A stretch of 64,000 bases of DNA, from the NCBI GenBank assembly GCA_963742105.1, contig CAVUKN010000002.1, positions 79,702 through 143,701 of the forward strand. Direction: 5' to 3'. Of this stretch, positions 27,882-37,113 are shown piece after piece. A program made the translations under genes and the position numbers. The notes beneath the pieces are model-generated. The model was given only the letters and a program-made list of their open reading frames with translations. It was not told the DNA's origin and made no database searches. Positions within the stretch are counted from its first letter, which is position 1, and each line of letters opens with the position of its first letter. The DNA is from an uncultured Acidobacteriota bacterium (GTDB lineage Bacteria; Acidobacteriota; Vicinamibacteria; Vicinamibacterales; UBA2999).

Positions 27882-30383
27882 TCATTCTGCGACCCGCATC
27901 TGGAATGGTTGGCTCTTCACCACTGCCATGACCAGCGACGGCATCGTGTCACGACCCGCCGCAGCCTCGCGCACGATCGCGCGAACCGACGGCTGATCGT
28001 AGTACTGCAGGTTGCGCCCGATGGCGTACATCAGCAACCGCTCGGCGACGGTACCCACGAACTGGTCCGATTGCTTGAGCAGGACCTGCTTCAGACCGCC
28101 GACACCGTTGAACGCAGTGCCATCCGGGAAGACACCACTCGTATCGATCGCGCCGCCGGCATCGACGTCGCGCCACTTGCCGATGGCGTCGAAGTTCTCC
28201 ATCGCAAATCCGATCGGATCCATGCGCGCGTGGCAGGTCGCACACGACGGGTTGGCGCGGTGTGCGGTCATCGCATCACGCAGGGTCAACGGCTTGCCGG
28301 CGCCTTCCGTCTTCAGCGAAGGTATGTTCGGCGGCGGAGGGGGCGGCGCCGACGAGAGCAGGTTCTCGAGGACCCATTTTCCGCGCAGCACCGGCGACGT
28401 GCGGTTCGCGTACGACGTGATCGTCAGCACACTGCCCTGACCCAGCAGTCCGCCGCGTGTGCTCCCGTCCGGCAGCGTGACGCGACGGAAGTAGCTGCCG
28501 CGCACGTTCGGAATTCCATAGTGCTTCGCCAGCCGCTCGTTCAAGAACGTGTAGTTGGCGGTCAGCAGATCAGTCACGCTGCGGTTGTCGCGGAAGACGC
28601 TGTCGACGAACAACTCTGTCTCGCGCGCCATTGCCTCACGCAGCGTCCCGTCGAAATCGGGGAACAGGATCTCGTCCGGGAACTTCGCGAACAGGTCCCG
28701 CAAGTACAACCATTGCGCGGCGAAGTTGCTAGTCAGCGCCTGCGAGCGTGCGTCGGCCAGCATCCGGCGCACCTGCTGCTCGAGCACCTTGGGATCCTTC
28801 AGTTTCCCCGCCGCCGCCGCGTCGATCAGTTCATCGTCGGGAATGCTGCTCCAGAGAAAAAATGACAGGCGTGACGCGAGTTCCACATCACTGACGCGAT
28901 AGGGTGTTCCTGTCGCAACCGCCGCCGGCTGACGTTCGATCTGAAAGAGGAACTGCGAGCTGACCAGCAGCCGTTCGAGCGCCTTCTGGATGGCGAAGTC
29001 GAAGGTGCCACTGGCGCGCCCCTGCTCATAGAAGGGCATCAGATCCTGCAGGTCCGCATCGGTCACCGGGCGACGATACGCGCGGCGCGCGAGCGTCGAC
29101 AGGATCCGTTTCGCACATCCCACCTCGCTCGTCTCGGATTCCGTCGTGCCACGTCGCGACCCTGTCACCGCCGCCGTGGAGCCGCCGGCAGGCTCGTCAC
29201 CGGCGGACGTCGGGCGGCACACGAAGATGCGGCGACGACTGGGCGAGTCGCCCGGCGAGCTGACGTCATACGGGCCGGCAATCGTGACGCTGGCGAGGGC
29301 TGGCTGCGTACCGCGACCGCGTGTCCGTGGCCGTAACGTCCCTTCGTCACGCGCCTCAGTCCGCTGGAGGAACGCGACGCCGATCAGATGCAGGCCGGCC
29401 TTGATCGGCACTGGAATCTCCAGCGCCGCCGCCGGCCGCCGCAGATCGGCCCGTTCACCGTCGACGGTGATTTCGAGATTGCCTGGATCGCGCCCCGCGC
29501 CCGCCATCTCCACTTTGACGATATAGGTGGCGTCAGCCGGGAAGTCCGCCCGGACCGCGATGCCTCCGCGCGTGCCGAACGGGAGCTCGTCCACCCGTTC
29601 GTCCTGCGGATGCTCCTCGTCGATCTTGTGAATGTTGACGAGTACCGGCATCGACGGATCGCCGACAGCGAAGCGGCTGATCTTGGTTGCCGCGTCGAGA
29701 TATCGTTCGAGCGTCACCGGGGACATGAAGAGCAGGTCGGCGATGTTGTCGAAGCCGCTGCTGATGTTGTCCGCCGGGAGCAGGAAGTCGATGCGGATCT
29801 CGCGCGGCAGCGCTTCGAGGCCGAGGAGATCACGGATCGCGTGCTGATATTCGGTACGCGTCAGGCGGTGCACGAGGGGGAGCTTCCCGAGCTGTGGATG
29901 TGCCGCCGCCGTTCGATCGAGCTCCGATTCAAGGTAGCTGGCCAACGCGTCGGATGTTGCCGCATCAGGACGCGGCGCGTTTGCAGGGGGCATCGAGGCG
30001 GTCCGCAGCTTGCGCACGACCTTCTCCCACTGCTCCGCTGCCGCGGACACGTTCGTGATCGCGGATGGATCGATGACCAGTCCGCCCGTCTTGAGCCGAT
30101 CGTTGTGGCACGTGACGCAGTACTGCTGCAGCGTCGCGCCGGGATCCACGTGTGATCCGGCGGGGTCGATACCAGCCCTTTTCTGGGGGGCGGGCTGGTC
30201 GCGCTGTGCTGTCACGGCGCGGGCCTGGTCAGGCCTGGAGGGTGTCGTGGCGCGGGCGTTTTCTGGCGCACCTGCTACTGCCACCCCCTGTGACGCGGAC
30301 GTCGTCAGGTTCCTGGCGCAGACCACGACCAGACCCACGAGCAGAGTAGCCAGGAGCCGGACGAACCGACTGGGCCGCGACAT
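27882..30383 (-). CDS. Planctomycete-type cytochrome c protein (DUF1587/1595/1592/1588/1585)
   Basis: CVTCH and CATCH haem motifs; HRLTRTEY, ELASRLSFFLWSSIPDDEL, RTSPVLRGKWVLENLL. Confidence 0.93.
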   Translation of the reverse strand: MSRPSRFVRLLATLLVGLVVVCARNLTTSASQGVAVAGAPENARATTPSRPDQARAVTAQRDQPAPQKRAGIDPAGSHVDPGATLQQYCVTCHNDRLKTGGLVIDPSAITNVSAAAEQWEKVVRKLRTASMPPANAPRPDAATSDALASYLESELDRTAAAHPQLGKLPLVHRLTRTEYQHAIRDLLGLEALPREIRIDFLLPADNISSGFDNIADLLFMSPVTLERYLDAATKISRFAVGDPSMPVLVNIHKIDEEHPQDERVDELPFGTRGGIAVRADFPADATYIVKVEMAGAGRDPGNLEITVDGERADLRRPAAALEIPVPIKAGLHLIGVAFLQRTEARDEGTLRPRTRGRGTQPALASVTIAGPYDVSSPGDSPSRRRIFVCRPTSAGDEPAGGSTAAVTGSRRGTTESETSEVGCAKRILSTLARRAYRRPVTDADLQDLMPFYEQGRASGTFDFAIQKALERLLVSSQFLFQIERQPAAVATGTPYRVSDVELASRLSFFLWSSIPDDELIDAAAAGKLKDPKVLEQQVRRMLADARSQALTSNFAAQWLYLRDLFAKFPDEILFPDFDGTLREAMARETELFVDSVFRDNRSVTDLLTANYTFLNERLAKHYGIPNVRGSYFRRVTLPDGSTRGGLLGQGSVLTITSYANRTSPVLRGKWVLENLLSSAPPPPPPNIPSLKTEGAGKPLTLRDAMTAHRANPSCATCHARMDPIGFAMENFDAIGKWRDVDAGGAIDTSGVFPDGTAFNGVGGLKQVLLKQSDQFVGTVAERLLMYAIGRNLQYYDQPSVRAIVREAAAGRDTMPSLVMAVVKSQPFQMRVAE

Positions 30384-30494
30384 ATTTGGCGGGTGTATAT
30401 TACGACCTTCAACCCTGTGGGGCGAGCCATGTGTGGCTCGCCTCCGGACCTGACCACGCCGGCGCCACGCCACTTTTCAGAAGAGAGCTCTCGG

Positions 30495-32072
30495 ATGCGA
30501 CGCTCGTTGTTCGTAGCCATCTTGATCCTGGCGGCGGCTACCGTCGGCCGAGCTGCCGGGACGAACGAGCTGATCGATGCCGTCAAGCGACAGGACGCGG
30601 CGGCCGTCCGGACCCTCGTCGCCAGGCACGTCGATGTGAACGCCACCGCGGCGGACGGTTTCACAGCCCTTCACTGGGCAGTTCAACGCGACAACCTGCC
30701 GCTCGTTGACGTGCTGCTGAAGGCAGGGGCCAGCGCCACTTCGAACACGCGCTACAACGTCACACCGTTGTACCTTGCGGCCAACAACGGCAACGCCGCA
30801 ATCATCGGACGCCTGCTCGACGCCGGCGCGGATCCGAACGGCACCGCATTCGAAGGTCAGACGCCGCTGATGACCGCGGCATTGGCGGGCCGGGCCGATG
30901 CCGTGCGCCTGCTGCTGACGCGCGGCGCCAGAATCGATGTTGTCGAACCTTACAAGGGGCAGACCGCCCTGATGTGGGCGGCCGCCGAGGGTAATACCGC
31001 CGCGGTCGACGTACTGTTGGAAGCGGGCGCACGGCTCGACGCCAAATCCACAGGCGGTTTCACACCGTTCCTGTTCGCTGTCCGCAACGCACGCATCGAT
31101 ACGGCGGTCACGCTGCTGAAGCACGGCGCCAATGCGAACGAGCTGGCCCCCGACGGGTCGAGCGCGTTGAGCATGGCAACCGTCAACGCGTACTACGAGC
31201 TGGCCTCCGTCCTGCTCGATTACGGGGCCGACCCGAACCTGCCGGATCCGCGAGCCTCGCCGCTCCATACCGTCGCCTGGCTGCGGAAGCCGGGCGCCGA
31301 CGGCGCCGCCGGCGTCGGTAACACGCCGCAAGGCACACCCGTCCCAACTGGCAAGGTGACCGACCTGGAGCTCGCGCGCAAGCTGCTCGAGCATGGCGCG
31401 AATCCGAACGCGCGCGTCGATTGGCGCGAGCCGACGTTCGGCAAGGAGGGCGGCACGGCACGCAACCCGCCGAACATCCGGCTCGGTCGGCATCTCCTCA
31501 GCTATAACGGGGCGACGCCGTTTTATGTCGCCGCGAAGAACGGCGACGTCGCGCTCATGCACCTGCTGGTCGAGTTCAAGGCGGACCCGACGATCACGTC
31601 GCGGGCCGGCATCACGCCGCTCATGGTGGCCGCCGGCCTTGATTACTGGGAGGGCGAGAGTCCCGGCCCGTTCACCGGCGTGCCGGAGGCGGAACGGCTC
31701 GAAGCGGTCAAGTACGCGCTGGAGCTCGGGAACGACGTCAACGCACACGCCCTGTTCGGCAGCTACCCGATGACCGGTGAGGTGGACTACACGCTTCTGT
31801 ACTACCCGCACAACATCGACGAGCTGCTGGAGCTCGGTGTCGGCGATCCGCGGTGGAGCGGCAGCACGGCGCTGATTGGCGCGGTCGTCTCGGGTCAGCC
31901 CTCGATCGTCCAGTTCCTGGTGGACCACGGCGCCGACGTCAACGCGAAGACGGCGCTCGGCTGGACTCCGCTCAAGGTGGCCGAAGGCGTGTTCTTCGCC
32001 AACGCGAAGAAGGAGTTCCCGCAGGCGGCCGCGATCCTGCGCAAGGCGGTGCAGCAGCGCGCGTCGAATTGA
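30495..32072 (+). CDS. Secreted ankyrin-repeat protein
   Basis: Many G.TALHWA/TPLM.AA repeats; signal peptide. Confidence 0.92.
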   Translation: MRRSLFVAILILAAATVGRAAGTNELIDAVKRQDAAAVRTLVARHVDVNATAADGFTALHWAVQRDNLPLVDVLLKAGASATSNTRYNVTPLYLAANNGNAAIIGRLLDAGADPNGTAFEGQTPLMTAALAGRADAVRLLLTRGARIDVVEPYKGQTALMWAAAEGNTAAVDVLLEAGARLDAKSTGGFTPFLFAVRNARIDTAVTLLKHGANANELAPDGSSALSMATVNAYYELASVLLDYGADPNLPDPRASPLHTVAWLRKPGADGAAGVGNTPQGTPVPTGKVTDLELARKLLEHGANPNARVDWREPTFGKEGGTARNPPNIRLGRHLLSYNGATPFYVAAKNGDVALMHLLVEFKADPTITSRAGITPLMVAAGLDYWEGESPGPFTGVPEAERLEAVKYALELGNDVNAHALFGSYPMTGEVDYTLLYYPHNIDELLELGVGDPRWSGSTALIGAVVSGQPSIVQFLVDHGADVNAKTALGWTPLKVAEGVFFANAKKEFPQAAAILRKAVQQRASN

Positions 32073-32220
32073 CGCGAGAGCCCGCCGACGATGGTTCACT
32101 CGCCACGGACGTTAGCCACGGAGACACAAAGACCCGAAGCTACGAGGTACCGAGGAAACCAACAACACTCCGTGCCTTCGTGGCCAAGTACGTGACACGC
32201 ATTCCTGCACTCACGACGCC

Positions 32221-32643
32221 ATGAAACGAATTCTGATTCTTGCGACATTCGCCTGCACCGTCCCGCTCGTCGCGTCGGCGCAACAGTCCAAAGCGACGTA
32301 CGTCGAAGCCGCGAAGGTCGCGGCGGGCGGCACCTTCACGACCACGGCCGACTACACGGTGCAGATGCTGAAGCGCACGGCCGCGGGTCAGGTCGAAGTT
32401 CACACCAAGGAGACCGACATCTTCTATGTGGTGGACGGCGAGGCCACAGTCGTCACCGGCGGGACGATGGTCGGCGGCACGGAAACGCAGCCGAACCAGC
32501 TTCGCGGCACGTCAATCGACGGCGGTGAAACGTATCACCTGAAAAAGGGCGATGCGATCACGATTCCTGCCGGCGTGCCGCACTGGTTCAAGGAAGTTCC
32601 TCAGTCGATCCAATACTTCACCGTCAAATCGATCAAGCCCTAG
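32221..32643 (+). CDS. Secreted cupin-domain protein
   Basis: EVHTKETDIFYVVDGE; GDAITIPAGVPHWF. Confidence 0.88.
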   Translation: MKRILILATFACTVPLVASAQQSKATYVEAAKVAAGGTFTTTADYTVQMLKRTAAGQVEVHTKETDIFYVVDGEATVVTGGTMVGGTETQPNQLRGTSIDGGETYHLKKGDAITIPAGVPHWFKEVPQSIQYFTVKSIKP

Positions 32644-32659
32644 CGATGCGGGATGCGCG

Positions 32660-33900
32660 ACCGTGCAAGACGGGATACGCGCTACACGGGTTGGTGCGAG
32701 GGGGCGACACGGGTTGGTGCGAGGGGTGACACGGGTTGGTGCGAGGGACGACGCGGGCTGGTGCGAGGTGCGACGCGGGTTGGTGCGAGGCTGAATCTTG
32801 TTGGTGCGAGACGGGATCAGGATGGTGCGAGGTGCGACGCGGGCTGGTGCGAGGTGCGACCCGGGTTGGTGCGAGGCGCGATTCGTGTTCGTGCGAGCCG
32901 AATCTTGGTGGTGCGAGTCGGGATGTCCAACGGTGCAAGACGGGATACGCGCTGGTGCGAAGAAGATACCCGTCGTGCAGGCATACGAGCGCGAATCCTG
33001 ATGTGCGCTGACGCGAATGCTGACGGTCGGGTGTCAACGCCGGCCCAAAATCCGACAGTTCCGCCGGTTGAAAATCCGACAGATCGGCGAGGGGACGAGC
33101 CTCAGAGCGTCGCTGGTGCGCTCGATACAAGGTTCGGCGCCGATTTCGCCCAGCGTCGGAGCGCATAACCGGCGCGGCGTGCGATCGGAGCCCGTCGGGG
33201 TCCCATCTGGTCGCATCTGGTCGGACCTGGGCACCGACGGGTGTGCAAGCGGAGCTGAGCGAACCAATCGGGCCGGTCTGTGACGCACAGTTTCCGAGAA
33301 CCGCTGATACGCACCAGCCTTGCACCAACACGCATCCGGCCTCGCACCGACAAAGATCGAGCTTCGCACCAACTCTGATCGGGCCTCGCACCAACACAAA
33401 TCGAGCTCCGCACCGATCCAGGTCGAGCTTCACACCAACACGAATCGCACCTCGGTCCGACAAGGATCGAGCTTCGCACCAACTCTGATCGCGTCTCGCA
33501 CCAACACAAATCGAGCTCCGCACCGATCGAGGTCGAGCTTCGCACCAACACGCATCCGGCCTCGCACCGATAAAGATCGAGCTTCGCACCAACTCTGATC
33601 GCGTCTCGCACCAACACGAATCGCGCTCCGCACCGATCGGGGTCGAGCTTCGCACCAACACGCCTCGCGCCTCGCACCGACAAAGATCGAGCTTCGCACC
33701 AACTTTGATCGGGTCTCGCACGAACACGAATCGAGCTTCGCACCCACTCTGATCGGGTCTCGCACCAACACGAATCGAGCTTCGCACCGACGCGCGTCAA
33801 GCCTGCACCAACTCGGTCGGGCCTCGCACCAACACCAATCGAGCGTCGCACCAACCCGGATCGGCTTCGCACCAACCCGGATCGCGATCGCGCCACCCCG
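32660..33900. repeat. Inverted ~22-bp repeat arrays; right arm has a 110-bp higher-order repeat
   Basis: GGTGCGA cores 32693-32960; TCGCACC cores 33310-33890; CGCACCAACTYTGATCG recurs at 33365, 33475, 33585 and 33695. Confidence 0.92.
33032..33082 (+). mobile_element. Orphan IS21-family-like terminal sequence
   Basis: Begins TGTCAACG, followed by the duplicated motif GCCGG-nnn-AAAATCCGACAG; no istA/istB in window. Confidence 0.55.
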
Positions 33901-33910
33901 CCCCCCGTGC

Positions 33911-34687
33911 TCAGGCGCGCTGCGGCCGTGGCGTCGGGAGGGGATGCACCTCGCACAGGATGTCGATCACGTCGGCGGCGGTGCTCGTCTCGCGACCGCG
34001 CACCAGGAGAAGAGCAGCCGACGTGAGCAGCGGCGGATAGAGGAGCGCCCGGCCAAGCAACGCGGCCGCCAGGTCCACGGCGTCGATGTGAAGTTGCTGA
34101 TCGTCAGGGTCGAGCGGTGCGAGCCGCTCCGCCACACTCCAGGCGACGTTTCTCGCGAGATCGAGGTTGAACGCGGCGAGCACGCTGTCCACATTGCCGG
34201 CCGCGGCGGCAACGAGATCGATCCAGGGTGACACCGCACTGATCTCTGATTCCACGCCAGCCATCAGATCCGCCAGGATGACGTTGATCTCGTTGAAGTC
34301 GCGCTGCAGCGCCGGCAGCGACGCGCCGGGCGCCACGATCGCCGCGGCAATCCCCAGATCGAAGTTGATATGGGCGTTCATGCCGAGCAGAAGGTGCTGC
34401 AGAATCACGGGTCTCCAGCGGGTGGAGGCGTCAAAGGCCAGCCGCCAGCTGCGCGGCACGGGTCTGCCCTGGCGATAGGCATCGAAGGCGTCGAGATACC
34501 GGCGCGCAAAGATCACGTCGAGTCGTTCCATTCGGACCGGGTCCTCGAACCGGCCCTGCGCGATGCCGCGCTGCACTTCGATCGTCACCGTCCGATAGAG
34601 CGCCGCGAAAAAGCCCAGCCGGCTGTTTGTCCGCCGAGCCCATGTAGTGATTCCGGTCAGCCGCTCGACGATGTCGCCGATCTGCAC
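33911..34687 (-). CDS. DUF5995-family protein
   Basis: GFFAALYRTVT, FEDPVRMERLDVIFARRY, LLGMNAHINFDL; start approximate. Confidence 0.85.
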   Translation of the reverse strand: MQIGDIVERLTGITTWARRTNSRLGFFAALYRTVTIEVQRGIAQGRFEDPVRMERLDVIFARRYLDAFDAYRQGRPVPRSWRLAFDASTRWRPVILQHLLLGMNAHINFDLGIAAAIVAPGASLPALQRDFNEINVILADLMAGVESEISAVSPWIDLVAAAAGNVDSVLAAFNLDLARNVAWSVAERLAPLDPDDQQLHIDAVDLAAALLGRALLYPPLLTSAALLLVRGRETSTAADVIDILCEVHPLPTPRPQRA

Positions 34688-34787
34688 GCGTCATCGTGCC
34701 ACAGCTGAACCGCGGCGCATCGGTACGAGCGCCAGCGCGGTCGCGTCTGGCGACCAGCTTGCTATTGATGGCAGTTGGGAGGAAGCC

Positions 34788-36434
34788 ATGTTCAAGTTGA
34801 CCGCTGCTGCTGTGCTCGGCCTGCTGGCCACGTCTGCGTCTGCGCAGGCACCGGCAAACCCAACGCAACAGCGCGTTACCGACAATCAGACCGCGATCTT
34901 TCACGTCACCGTCGTCGGACGGACCATTTCGGCTATCAACTACCGCCCGCGCAACGGGTCGACCAAGGTCGACTTGGCGGGAACCACCCTGCTGCCCGAG
35001 GGGAAAGGGTATGCCGAGGTTTCCGGCGAAAAGGGCTACATGAAGATCGATGCGCACTTTGACAACCTGCAACCGGCGATGAAGTTCGGGCCGGAGTACC
35101 TCACATATGTGCTGTGGGCGATCACGCCGGAAGGACGCGCGAAGAATCTCGGCGAAGTGCAGGTTGACGACAAAGACGCGCGCATTCAGGTCACGACCGA
35201 GATGCAGGCGTTCGGGATGATCGTTACGGCTGAGCCGTACTTCGCCGTCACCCAGCCGAGTGACGTCGTGGTCTTCGAGAACGTGGTGACAGACAAGACC
35301 AAGGGAAAAGTTGAGGCTGTCGAGGCGAAGTACGAGCTGCTGAAGCGCGGCACCTATCTGATGAACCAGGACGCGGGCAAGCTGAAGGTGAAGCCTCTCG
35401 AACCCGGCGCACCGCTCGATCTTGCCGAAGCACGTAATGCGGTCGAACTCGCAAAGCTGGCGGGAGCGGACCGCTACGCGGCCGACACGTTCGTGAAAGC
35501 CTCACGACTGCTCGCGGATGCCGAGGTCGCCCGTGAGAAGCACAAGAAAGGCAACGAAGTGCAGCAGCCCGCCCGCCAGGCGGCACAGACCGCTGAAGAC
35601 GCGCGGTTGATTGCAATGCAACGGCAGGAAGAGGAATTCCAGGCCGCCCAGCGCGCCGCGGCGGCGGAACGCGAGCGCGTCGCACAGCAGCAGGCGCTCG
35701 CCGCACAGCAAGCGGCGCTGGAGGCGCAGCGGCGGACACAACAGGAACAGGACCGGGTTCGCCAGGAGCAGGAGCGCCGGCGTCAGGCGGAGCTCGATGC
35801 CCAGACGGCCGCCGCATCGCGCGACCAGGCCGAGCAGCTGCGACTCGAGGCAGAGCGGCAGCAGCAGGCCGCGCTGCAGGCGCGGGCGGACGCGGAAGCC
35901 GCACGTGCCGCCGCCGATGCGGAGCGACAGCGAGCCGATGAAGCGCGCCGCCTGGCCGAACAGCAGGCGCAGCACGCGCAGGCTGCCGCAGCGCAGTCGG
36001 AGCAGGAGAAGGAGCGCCTTCGCCAGCAGCTCCGTGAACAGCTCAACGTGATCCTGGAAACGCGCGAAACGGCGCGTGGACTCATCGTCAACCTGTCCGA
36101 CGTGCTGTTCGATACCGGCAGCGCCAACCTGAAGCCGGGTGCCCGTGAGAAGCTGGCGCGCGTCGCCGGCATCCTCGCCTCCCATCCGGATCTCCACATC
36201 GAGATCGAGGGTCACACCGACAGCGTCGGTGGCGAGGATTTCAACCAGCACCTGTCGGAAAAACGCGCCGAGTCCGTGCGCGCGTACCTGGTCGAGCAGA
36301 AGGTGTCGCCGTCAGTTGTCGGCACCGCGGGCTTTGGCGAGAGCCGACCCGTAGCGACCAATGGCACGGCCGCAGGGCGTCAACAGAATCGTCGCGTCGA
36401 GATCGTCGTAAGCGGCGAGTCGATCGGACGGTAG
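34788..36434 (+). CDS. OmpA-C (peptidoglycan-binding) protein with long Ala/Gln/Glu coiled coil
   Basis: Signal peptide; DVLFDTG, IEGHTDSVG, LSEKRAESV, GRQQNRRVEI; GGAGG RBS. Confidence 0.92.
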   Translation: MFKLTAAAVLGLLATSASAQAPANPTQQRVTDNQTAIFHVTVVGRTISAINYRPRNGSTKVDLAGTTLLPEGKGYAEVSGEKGYMKIDAHFDNLQPAMKFGPEYLTYVLWAITPEGRAKNLGEVQVDDKDARIQVTTEMQAFGMIVTAEPYFAVTQPSDVVVFENVVTDKTKGKVEAVEAKYELLKRGTYLMNQDAGKLKVKPLEPGAPLDLAEARNAVELAKLAGADRYAADTFVKASRLLADAEVAREKHKKGNEVQQPARQAAQTAEDARLIAMQRQEEEFQAAQRAAAAERERVAQQQALAAQQAALEAQRRTQQEQDRVRQEQERRRQAELDAQTAAASRDQAEQLRLEAERQQQAALQARADAEAARAAADAERQRADEARRLAEQQAQHAQAAAAQSEQEKERLRQQLREQLNVILETRETARGLIVNLSDVLFDTGSANLKPGAREKLARVAGILASHPDLHIEIEGHTDSVGGEDFNQHLSEKRAESVRAYLVEQKVSPSVVGTAGFGESRPVATNGTAAGRQQNRRVEIVVSGESIGR

Positions 36435-36463
36435 ACGCGTCCACTGCCGCATCATGCATCAGG

Positions 36464-36492
36464 GTAGGGCGGGCCTCTTCGGCCCGCCCTAC
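36464..36492. terminator. Perfect 12-bp hairpin between convergent genes (terminator or GTAG REP-like)
   Basis: GTAGGGCGGGCC-TCTTC-GGCCCGCCCTAC. Confidence 0.7.
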
Positions 36493-36493
36493 G

Positions 36494-37108
36494 CTACCTC
36501 GGTGAGGTAGACGTTCCTTCCATGTTCGCAAGGTTGGTTTCGTAGGCCTGCACGCCGTCCTCATCGCCAAGCTGGCGACAGATGTCGCGTGCCTGGCTGG
36601 TCGCCGCGCGGGCGCGGGTGACGTCGCCGGCCTGGTATAGCGCGATGCCAAGCTTGCCAAGCACGCGCGGCCGATAGAAGTCGACGGCGCTTCCCCGCAA
36701 CTGCGCCAGGTGATCGGCCAGCGCGGCGAGCACCTGCGCCGCTTCGTCCAACCGCGCCTGGCCGGACAGCGACGCGGCGATCGCTATCTGCTCGTTCCAG
36801 GACTCGACTGGCATGTCCTGCGGGTCCGACTCGAGCATCCCCAGCAGGCTGGCGTCGCCGTCGTGGTCGACGATGCGGGCAACCGCGAGCAGCATTTCGC
36901 CGTAGTGCTCGAGCAGCGTTTGATCCTCCTTCATCGCCATCGGCACGGTCACCCACCCGCTGAACTCGGCGATGATGGTGTCCCGATGCTGCCGCACGAG
37001 GCGCGCCACGCCGTTGAGGTCCTTCCGTGCGACGAGCGTCACGAGTTGAGTCCGTAGATCCTGGCGAGCGGCGGCGGGCGAACGTTTCAGAAACGTGAGC
37101 AGGCCCAT
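36494..37108 (-). CDS. Hypothetical protein with TPR-like C-terminus
   Basis: VLGKLGIALYQAGD...ARDICRQLGD. Confidence 0.65.
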   Translation of the reverse strand: MGLLTFLKRSPAAARQDLRTQLVTLVARKDLNGVARLVRQHRDTIIAEFSGWVTVPMAMKEDQTLLEHYGEMLLAVARIVDHDGDASLLGMLESDPQDMPVESWNEQIAIAASLSGQARLDEAAQVLAALADHLAQLRGSAVDFYRPRVLGKLGIALYQAGDVTRARAATSQARDICRQLGDEDGVQAYETNLANMEGTSTSPR

Positions 37109-37113
37109 AGTTC

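Noticed and set aside
32633..33956. Long Cys/Arg-rich ORFs across the 22-bp array
   Set aside because: Translations of a stop-poor repeat whose period is not a multiple of three.
35610..36050. Low-complexity A/Q/E/R stretch in the OmpA-domain protein
   Set aside because: Ordinary coiled-coil linker.
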